A DNA stretch of 64,000 bases, taken from contig CAXXWC010000018.1 in NCBI GenBank assembly GCA_963668645.2, positions 96,001 to 160,000 of the forward strand, written 5' to 3'. Positions within the stretch are counted from its first letter, which is position 1; every line of letters starts with the position of its first letter. A model generated the notes under the pieces. It was given only the letters and a program-made list of their open reading frames with translations. It did no database searches and was not told the DNA's origin. A program made the translations under genes and the position numbers. Below are positions 30,223-37,548 of this stretch, one piece after another. The DNA is from Desulfobacterales bacterium (GTDB taxonomy: Bacteria; Desulfobacterota; Desulfobacteria; Desulfobacterales; UBA2174).

Positions 30223-31434
30223 TCAAGCAGGCTGAATAGCGCTTGCCGGAAGTAAATGCCGGCACAGCGCCTCTGCCAGGCCTGCCACGGCGGTCTCGAT
30301 TGCCGTCTCTTGGGGCATGGTGAAATTCAGGCGCATGGTGTTCCGCCCCTGCTCCGGGTCGGGAAAGAAGTGGCGCCCGGGAACGAACGCCGTGCCGCAG
30401 GCTACCGCCGTTTCGTAAACCGGGTCCATATCCAGGCACGCCGGCCCTTTTACCCAGACGAACATTCCGCCCGCGGGCTTCGACCAGGAAAAGCCCGGGG
30501 GCAGATGCCGCTTCAGGGCAGCGAGCATCGCCTTGCAGCGAGGGCGGTAAAGGTCGAGAATCAGAGGCAGATGGCGCTCAAGGTGTCCGCCGGCCAGGTA
30601 CTCGGCCGCCAGGGCCTGGCTCAGGGTTCCGGTGTGCAGGTCGCACCCCTGCTTGGCCAGCACGAGCTGGCGGTCCAGGGGCGGAGGCGCAAGGCAGAAG
30701 CCCACCCGCAGCCCGGGCGAGAGCACTTTGCTCAGGGTGCCCACATAGACCGTGTGGTTCGGGGCCAGTTGTTTGACCGGCGTTGGCACCTCGCCCTGGT
30801 AGCACAGTGCCCCGTAAGGGTCGTCCTCCACCAGCAGGGTGCCCGTACGCCGCAGCACATCGGCCAGCGCCAGACGCCGTTCACGGTCCAATGTCTCCCC
30901 CGTGGGGTTTTGAAAAGTCGGTACCAGATAGACGAATTTGACCGGACGGCGCCTGACGGCTCTTTCCAGGGCCTCGGGGATCATCCCCTTCGCGTCGCTG
31001 GCGATGGTCACGTAGCGCGGTTCGTAGGGGTTGAAGGCCTGGAGCGCCCCGAGATAGGTTGGGGCCTGCACCGCCACCCGGTCTCCCGGAGAGATCAAGA
31101 CCTTTCCCAGGGCGTCGAGGGCCCCCTGGGAGCCGCTGGTGATCAGGATTCCATCTGCGCCGGCCGTGATGCCCCGCTGGCGCAGATGCACGGCCAGGGC
31201 CTCGCGCAAGGGGCCGAAGCCTTCCGAAGGGCCGTATTGCAGGGCCGCCGTCCCGTAACGGGACAGGACACGGTTGGTAAGATCGGCCATCAGGGCGGTG
31301 GGAAAGCTTTCCGGGGCCGGCAGGCCCCCGGCCAGCGAGATCATTCCCGGCTGTTCGGTGACCTTGAGGATCTCGCGGATGGCGCTGGCGCCCATGCGTT
31401 CGGTGCGCCTGGCGAGGCGGATCGTAGCACCCAT
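30223..31434 (-). CDS. PLP-dependent aminotransferase class I/II (LysN/ARO8-like)
   Basis: ISLAGGLP, FQNPTG, EDDPY and TLSKVLSPGLRVG motifs; AAAGGA RBS. Confidence 0.92.
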   Translation of the reverse strand: MGATIRLARRTERMGASAIREILKVTEQPGMISLAGGLPAPESFPTALMADLTNRVLSRYGTAALQYGPSEGFGPLREALAVHLRQRGITAGADGILITSGSQGALDALGKVLISPGDRVAVQAPTYLGALQAFNPYEPRYVTIASDAKGMIPEALERAVRRRPVKFVYLVPTFQNPTGETLDRERRLALADVLRRTGTLLVEDDPYGALCYQGEVPTPVKQLAPNHTVYVGTLSKVLSPGLRVGFCLAPPPLDRQLVLAKQGCDLHTGTLSQALAAEYLAGGHLERHLPLILDLYRPRCKAMLAALKRHLPPGFSWSKPAGGMFVWVKGPACLDMDPVYETAVACGTAFVPGRHFFPDPEQGRNTMRLNFTMPQETAIETAVAGLAEALCRHLLPASAIQPA

Positions 31435-31513
31435 TTTCGTGTTCCTTTGATGCATGTCCCGGAGCGGGCTCCGGGATACCGCAGTTTTCGCCGCGGCAGA
31501 TTGTCTCTGTCCA

Positions 31514-31540
31514 AGTGTCTGTCCATAAATGGACGGGCAC
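31514..31540. repeat. Short palindrome matching the termini of the 40422-40564 element
   Basis: GTGTCTGTCCAT-AA-ATGGACGGGCAC; 31514-31532 matches 40422-40440 at 16/19 positions. Confidence 0.6.
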
Positions 31541-31543
31541 CGG

Positions 31544-32140
31544 TTAAGGCCGCAGCCCGTCGATATAGCGCCCCAACTGCGCGCCGGTCTCCCGCAGCAC
31601 CGCCGGGTCGCGGCTGGCAGTGTAGAAGGTGGCGGCCCCGTTGAGGGCGATGAGGATGAAGTTGGCCACCTGTCGGTAGTCGTGGCCCGGTTTCAGGTGC
31701 CCGGCCGCCTCGGCCTCAGCCAGCCAGGATTGAATCAGCTTGGAGAAACCGACGAACCCGCGGAACAGATGGCGGCTCATGCCGGCCGCCTGACCGGACA
31801 ACTCCACGATCATATTGACGAAGAAACAGCCGCCGTCGAAGACCTCCGCACCCAGGTATGCGAAAAGGTGGTTGTCCGCCACGCGGGCGATGCGCTGCAA
31901 GGGATCGGCGGCAGGCTCGAGGCCGGCGAAGATGTGGGCCTTCCAGACGGCCACCGCTTCGTCGTAGACCGCGTACCAAAGATCCTCCTTGCTGCGGAAA
32001 TGGCCGTAGAGGCCGCCCTTGGTCAGGCCGGTGGCGGCCATCAGGTCGCTGATGCCGGTGTTGAAGTAGCCCTTGACCGAAAAGAGCTGAAGACCGGCGC
32101 TGACGATGCGCCGGCGGGTCTGATCTCCTTTGGTGCCCAT
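31544..32140 (-). CDS. TetR/AcrR family regulator
   Basis: HTH with GLTKGGLYGHFRSKEDL and a GGCFF C-terminal motif. Confidence 0.92.
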   Translation of the reverse strand: MGTKGDQTRRRIVSAGLQLFSVKGYFNTGISDLMAATGLTKGGLYGHFRSKEDLWYAVYDEAVAVWKAHIFAGLEPAADPLQRIARVADNHLFAYLGAEVFDGGCFFVNMIVELSGQAAGMSRHLFRGFVGFSKLIQSWLAEAEAAGHLKPGHDYRQVANFILIALNGAATFYTASRDPAVLRETGAQLGRYIDGLRP

Positions 32141-32167
32141 GGCGTGTGTCCATTTGTATGTCAAACA

Positions 32168-32216
32168 AAAAAACGACCGGTTGGTATTTTTTATTCCGAT
32201 TCCACTTCCATGTCAA
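32168..32216 (-). promoter_or_regulatory. tetR promoter and probable autoregulatory operator
   Basis: Minus-strand TTGACA-N17-TAAAAA followed by the imperfect palindrome AAAACGACCGGTTGGTATTTT. Confidence 0.55.
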
Positions 32217-32245
32217 CCCTCAAGACGCTGAATTTTGCGGGTGCT

Positions 32246-33541
32246 TCAGGCGTCCAAGGCGGGATCGCTCAACCGGCCGCCGGGAGTGAAAACCAGCGGC
32301 TGCGGCCGGTCTATAGAGACGTCTGCCATGGCTGCAAGTTCGGGAGCAAGAGCGGCCGAGGCCCAAAATTCGAAGATGTTGCGGGTGTCGCGCACGATCA
32401 CGGCCCGCACCTGATGGACGGAAACAGGGCCGAGGGTGGTAAAGCAGGCCTGGATCGCCTTTTCGTCGTTGGGCAGGCGCACCGGGATGAACGCCTTGTG
32501 CAGCGACAGGCTGGTCAGGGCATTCATTAGCGTGGCTTCGTAGTCGAGCCTTTCAAAGACCCTCTCGGTGATGATGTCCGCGTTGCCCAATCCGATGGCG
32601 TTGCCCGCGGTTTTGGCGGTCAAATCGAGGATTGCCACCCGGGTGGCCTGCATCTGGGTGGAAAAATCGCTTTCCCCCAGGTCGAAGGCCCGACCGGTGA
32701 CGTTGGGATCCATGCCGGCGCCGCTGATTTCCTTGCCGATGCGGCCCACCACCAAGACGTCCAGTTGACGGAAGGGAAGCCGGGCAAAGCGCGTTTTGGC
32801 CAGGGCCAGCAGCGCCGCTTCACGCTCCGCGAGCCGGGACTCCGGCACCGCCTCAATGTGAACGATCCGATCGTTTTCGTTTTCCACCACCGCCATACCG
32901 AAACGGAAGTTGCTGCGTGCCGCCAGAGCAAGACCCATCACCTCCAGCAGCGCGTACCATCCATAGCGCAGGGCCCAGCGGTGAAAGGCCAGGGCACCGT
33001 CGTGTTTGCCCATGCCCACGCAAAGCATCTTGAGCAGGCCGCTTTCCACGGCAGCCTTGAATTTGCTGTGGGGTTTGATGCGGTTGATGCAGACGGTGTG
33101 ATCGGCGGTGGCGAAATCGCGGCCCAGGTAAAGGGGAATCCCGTCCATCACGGTACCCAGTTCGGTCACAGCCATGCTGGATACCACCGGCGCCCGGCAG
33201 GTCGCCTCGGTAACCCCCAGCCGTTCGAGCACCGCCGCCTGGCCTTCGGCCGTGGCACCCCCGTGGCTTCCCATGGCCGGTACGATGAACGGTTGGGCGC
33301 CGGCTTGCTGCAGTCCGCTGCACAAGGCGCGCACCATTTCCGGCAGCCGATCGATGCCCCGGCTGCCCACGGCCACGGCCACACGCTGGCCTGCGCCGAT
33401 GCCGCTTTGAGGCAGGATCCGTTCCAGTTCGTTTTTTACCGCGGTCGCCACGTCTTCGATTCCGTCGTCCGGTATCCGGCGTTGGACGTGGATGAAATGA
33501 GGAAGGTCGATGGGCTTTTCAAGATAGTCGGGATAGCGCAT
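32246..33541 (-). CDS. LarA-superfamily (lactate racemase N-terminal domain / DUF2088-like) protein
   Basis: AVGSRGI, PAMGSHGG, NRIKPH, ESGLLKM..GMGK and GKEISGAGMDPN motifs. Confidence 0.72.
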   Translation of the reverse strand: MRYPDYLEKPIDLPHFIHVQRRIPDDGIEDVATAVKNELERILPQSGIGAGQRVAVAVGSRGIDRLPEMVRALCSGLQQAGAQPFIVPAMGSHGGATAEGQAAVLERLGVTEATCRAPVVSSMAVTELGTVMDGIPLYLGRDFATADHTVCINRIKPHSKFKAAVESGLLKMLCVGMGKHDGALAFHRWALRYGWYALLEVMGLALAARSNFRFGMAVVENENDRIVHIEAVPESRLAEREAALLALAKTRFARLPFRQLDVLVVGRIGKEISGAGMDPNVTGRAFDLGESDFSTQMQATRVAILDLTAKTAGNAIGLGNADIITERVFERLDYEATLMNALTSLSLHKAFIPVRLPNDEKAIQACFTTLGPVSVHQVRAVIVRDTRNIFEFWASAALAPELAAMADVSIDRPQPLVFTPGGRLSDPALDA

Positions 33542-33574
33542 GGCAAGGGCTTTCTTTTGGCAACGACTTTTTTC

Positions 33575-33634
33575 TTGACAAGTTGCGGCCGGTTCCGTTA
33601 ATCCAAAGGTTAGAATTGGTCAGACCTCAGACAT
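33575..33634 (+). promoter_or_regulatory. TRAP operon promoter with FadR/LldR-type GntR operator
   Basis: TTGACA at 33575, a -10-like GTTAAT, then AATTGGTCAGACCTCAGACAT containing the palindrome GGTC-A-GACC. Confidence 0.6.
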
Positions 33635-33830
33635 GTCGATATCGTACCCCTCCCGGATGTCGGCGTAAAGCATTTAGTTCTCAGGACCGGGGGGCCTCGC
33701 TTCACGCAGCAGACCGAAGGGGACGCCGGTCCCCGCAATAGCTTGATGATGCACGGCTCCATGCCGGGTGCGCCAGGTCCGATGGCCCTCGGCTGAATGA
33801 CCTACCAACCGCCATCCAAAGGAGGGAACC

Positions 33831-34838
33831 GTGTTGAAAAAGATCGTCGTCGGGTTAGTCGTTCTCTGTTTGGCGTTCAGCGTCGCGCCCACCAGTGCCA
33901 GCGCCGCGGACAGCCTGATCATCGCCACCGCCACCACCGGTGGCACCTACTATCCGGTGGGGGTGGCCATCGGGACACTGATCAGTATCAAGCTCGCCAG
34001 CGAGGACAAGATCACCGCCACGGCCGTCAACTCGGCCGGATCGGGCGAGAACGTCCAGATGCTCAAAAACAAGGAGACCCATCTGGCCATTCTCCAGTCG
34101 CTTTTCGGTCTCAACGCTTACAACGGCACCGGTGCATATGAGGGCAAGGCGGTCAAGGATTTCCGGTCGATCACCATGCTCTGGGAAAATGTCGAGCACT
34201 TCGCCCTGGCCGCCAAGTACATCAAGACCGGTACCATCGACGATCTGCGCAATCTGGGCGCGAAGTTCTCCATCGGCAAGCGCGGCAGCGGTACCGAGGG
34301 CTCTGGCCGCACCATCCTGGCAGCACTGGGCATTGATCCGGAAAAGGAGATGACCCTCGAGTATCTGGCCTACACCCCCTCAGCCCAGGCCATGATGGAC
34401 GGGCGGATCGTAGGCATGAACTGCCCGGCCGGACCGCCGGTGGCCGCCATTACCCAGCTATACGCCCAGATGGGGGCCAAGAAAGTCAGAGTGCTCGATT
34501 TTAGCGACCAGCAGCTCGCCCAGATCCAGGCCAAGTATCCGATCTGGAACCGTTTTGTCGTCCCGGCCGGCTCTTACCCCGGCCAGAAGACCGACATCCA
34601 GACCATCAGCCAGCCGAACTTTCTGGCCGTACGGCCGGACATCAGTGAGGAGACGGTCTACAAGCTTACCAAAACCATTTACGAGAATCTGCCGTTTTTG
34701 GCCAATATCCACAAGGCCACCAAGGCCATGAAGCTCGATCGGGCCATCAGCGGTCTGCCGGTGCCGTTGCACCCGGGTGCTGCCAAGTACTACAAGGAAA
34801 AGGGGATCAAGATCCCCGCCGAACTGATGCCCATCTGA
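33831..34838 (+). CDS. TAXI-family TRAP solute-binding protein
   Basis: Signal peptide; ATATTGGTYY, SAGSGEN, GSGTE and PLHPGA motifs. Confidence 0.93.
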   Translation: MLKKIVVGLVVLCLAFSVAPTSASAADSLIIATATTGGTYYPVGVAIGTLISIKLASEDKITATAVNSAGSGENVQMLKNKETHLAILQSLFGLNAYNGTGAYEGKAVKDFRSITMLWENVEHFALAAKYIKTGTIDDLRNLGAKFSIGKRGSGTEGSGRTILAALGIDPEKEMTLEYLAYTPSAQAMMDGRIVGMNCPAGPPVAAITQLYAQMGAKKVRVLDFSDQQLAQIQAKYPIWNRFVVPAGSYPGQKTDIQTISQPNFLAVRPDISEETVYKLTKTIYENLPFLANIHKATKAMKLDRAISGLPVPLHPGAAKYYKEKGIKIPAELMPI

Positions 34839-34845
34839 CAGTCGC

Positions 34846-34872
34846 CGGGCCGCCCGCCGCGCGGGCGGCCCG
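34846..34872 (+). other. Perfect 12-bp GC hairpin between the TAXI and permease genes
   Basis: CGGGCCGCCCGC-CGC-GCGGGCGGCCCG with no U-tract; likely an mRNA-stabilising element. Confidence 0.5.
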
Positions 34873-34987
34873 CGTTCAAGCCAACCGCGTGGGGGGCGTG
34901 CCGGCGTGGCAATCAAGGGCCACCGCCGGCCGCGCTCCCTCACGCAGGTGCCACCACGGGGCGCGACACCCGAGACAAGGACAGATC

Positions 34988-36901
34988 ATGCCCGAGGCTT
35001 CCGAAAAAGACACCACCGATGCGGCTACGGGGCGCCAGACGCCTTTCAACCAGCGCCTGCTCTACTGGTGCGGGGTGCTCATGGCCCTGTTTCACCTCTG
35101 GGTCAACACCATCGGCATTATGCCCGAGATCCAGCGTAACGCGCTGCACTTTGCTTTCATCCTCTTTATGGGGTTCATTATCTACCCGCCGATCAAAAAA
35201 CTGCCTGAACGCGGGTTGATTTTCGACTACATGCTGGCGATCCTCTCGGTGGTTACCGGGGCCTACCTGGTACTCTTCGAAGACGCCCTGCACGCCCGCA
35301 ACGAGGTGCCGACCCAGCTCGACTTGGTCTTCGCCGGGATCGCCATCTTGCTCATGGTGGAGATTACCCGGCGCAGCGCCGGCTACATCATCCCGCTGCT
35401 TTCGGCCATCTTTCTCGGCTACGCCCTGTGGTTCGGCCGTCTTATGGGTGGGTTGTGGAATTTTCCCGGCGTCACGATAGAGCGGATGCTCTACCGCATG
35501 TACTTCGCACCGGACGGTATTTTCGGCACCATCGCCACCATCTCATCGACCTTCGTCTTTCTCTTCGTGCTATTTGCCGCTTTCCTGCTGCACAGCGGCG
35601 CCGGCGACTTCATCATCCGGCTGTCGGTGGCCATGATGGGGCGTATGGTGGGCGGGCCGGCCAAGATGGCGGTTTTTGCCAGCGGGCTGATGGGATCGGT
35701 GTCGGGCAGCGCCGTGGCCAACACGGTGGGCACCGGTTCAATCACCATTCCACTGATGAAGCGGGTCGGCTTCAAGCCCCGGTTCGCCGGTGCCGTGGAA
35801 GCGGCCGCCTCCACCGGGGGCCAACTCATGCCGCCGATTATGGGTGCCGGCGCCTTCATCATGAGCCAGTGGACCCAGATTCCCTATTTGAAAATCGTGG
35901 CCGTGGCCACCATCCCGGCCCTGCTCTACTTTTTTTCGGTGGCCTTCTTCGTCCACCTGCGAGCCAAGAAGGTGGGGCTAGAGGCCCTGCCCAAGGAGGA
36001 AATCCCGCGCATCGGCGAAGTGCTTAAGGAGGGGTGGAATTTTTTCATCCCCATCGCGGTCCTCATGGGGCTCTTGATGATCGGCTACACCCCGACCTTC
36101 TCCGCCTGTGTCGGTATCGGCGCTATCGTGGTGGCCAGCTGGTTCCACAAAAAGACGCGCATGTACCCACGCGACATCCTCGACGCCATGGCCCTGGGAG
36201 CCAAAAACATGGTCTCCACCGGTGTGATCCTCCTATGCTCGGGGATTGTAGTCGGGGTTGTGCTCATGGTGGGGGCCGGGATCAAGTTTTCCATCATGAT
36301 CACCAGCATCTCGGGCGGTAACCTGTTTATAACCATCGTGCTGGTGGCTCTGGCCTCTCTGGTGCTCGGCATGGGGTTGCCGGTGACCGCCTCCTACATC
36401 GTGCTGGCGGTGCTCGCAGCGCCTTCCATGGAGATGCTCGGCTCGTCGCTGATCGCCGCTCACATGCTTATCTTCTGGTACTCCCAGGACTCCAACGTCA
36501 CACCCCCGGTCTGCCTGGCGGCCTACTCTGCGGCAGGCATTTCAGGATCTAAGCCGCTGGAGACCGGTATGGAGTCCTGGAAGCTTGCCAAGGGGCTGTA
36601 TATCATCCCGCTTTTGTTCGTCTATACGCCGATTCTCTTCGAGGGGCCGGTGTGGCAAGTGATCGAAACCAGCCTCATGGCTGCAGCGGGGCTTTTCTGC
36701 GCAGCGGCGATGTTCGAAGGCTTTCATGTGATCCTCCTCACCTGGATGCTGCGCCTCGTCTATCTTGGCGCGGCCGTCCTGCTGCTCTGGCCGAGCTTCG
36801 TCTGCCATGGGCTGGGGGTGATGGTGCTAGTGGCGTTGGTGGCCTTCCAGAAAGCCAAGGTGCGTCGCTCCGTTGTGGATGTGCCGCCGCTGGAAGCATG
36901 A
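34988..36901 (+). CDS. TRAP transporter fused 4TM/12TM permease
   Basis: GGPAK, SGSAVAN, ASTGGQLMPPIMGAGAF, GMGLP and VTPPV motifs. Confidence 0.94.
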   Translation: MPEASEKDTTDAATGRQTPFNQRLLYWCGVLMALFHLWVNTIGIMPEIQRNALHFAFILFMGFIIYPPIKKLPERGLIFDYMLAILSVVTGAYLVLFEDALHARNEVPTQLDLVFAGIAILLMVEITRRSAGYIIPLLSAIFLGYALWFGRLMGGLWNFPGVTIERMLYRMYFAPDGIFGTIATISSTFVFLFVLFAAFLLHSGAGDFIIRLSVAMMGRMVGGPAKMAVFASGLMGSVSGSAVANTVGTGSITIPLMKRVGFKPRFAGAVEAAASTGGQLMPPIMGAGAFIMSQWTQIPYLKIVAVATIPALLYFFSVAFFVHLRAKKVGLEALPKEEIPRIGEVLKEGWNFFIPIAVLMGLLMIGYTPTFSACVGIGAIVVASWFHKKTRMYPRDILDAMALGAKNMVSTGVILLCSGIVVGVVLMVGAGIKFSIMITSISGGNLFITIVLVALASLVLGMGLPVTASYIVLAVLAAPSMEMLGSSLIAAHMLIFWYSQDSNVTPPVCLAAYSAAGISGSKPLETGMESWKLAKGLYIIPLLFVYTPILFEGPVWQVIETSLMAAAGLFCAAAMFEGFHVILLTWMLRLVYLGAAVLLLWPSFVCHGLGVMVLVALVAFQKAKVRRSVVDVPPLEA

Positions 36902-37346
36902 ACGACCTTTTCGAAAAGATACCTCAGAAAAAGGTCAGCGACCGGGTGTTCGAGCAGGTTCGTGCCCGCATTGCCGACGGGAGGCTCAAGCCGGGCGACC
37001 GGCTGCCTCCCGAACGGGAGTTGACGGCCCTGTTCGTGGCGGGCCGCTCCTCGGTCACGAACTCAACGTACGTTTCCATAACACCATAGCCACCGCGGCC
37101 CACAACCTGTTTCTGGTCCATATCATGAACACCATCTCAGGATGGATCGGCCAGATCACCTCCAAGGTCTACGCCGACCTGTTCGATGACCGCGAGACCT
37201 CCCGGCTCCTGCTCGAACAGCACGTCGCCATTGCGGACGCCATCGCCCGGCGCGATGCCGAGGCGGCCCGTGAGAGCATGGACCTGCACCTGCGCTATTC
37301 GATGCGCAAGGCCCGCAAGGCGGGGGTCGCGGCGGCAGCCTTTTGA
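36898..37346 (+). pseudogene. FadR/GntR-family regulator with internal deletion and frameshift
   Basis: Frame 1 gives MNDLFEKIPQKKVSDRVFEQ...LKPGDRLPPERELTALFVAGRSSV and is cut mid-HTH. At about 37057 another frame gives the FCD tail (RFHNTIATAAHN...EQHVAIADAIARRDAEAARESMDLHL). Confidence 0.85.
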
Positions 37347-37352
37347 CAGCCG

Positions 37353-37381
37353 TTGACCTTGGTGGTCTTCAGGATTATAAT
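37353..37381 (+). promoter_or_regulatory. Near-consensus sigma70 promoter for the FAD oxidoreductase
   Basis: TTGACC-N17-TATAAT. Confidence 0.7.
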
Positions 37382-37548
37382 GTTTACCACATCGATTGGC
37401 GGCTTCTCGATCCGTCTTACCCTCAGCGGAAAACGAAACCGATCCTCACCCAGATCAACAGATGAACCCTCATATCTGACATCATGCCAGAACGGAAATC
37501 AGGGGTTTGACAAGGCCGGCCGCTGCGGCGGCTGGAGGCAGGACTGAC

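Noticed and set aside
36898..37346. Programmed frameshift or selenocysteine readthrough restoring the GntR
   Set aside because: About 90 codons, including the end of the HTH, are physically absent, so recoding cannot restore it.
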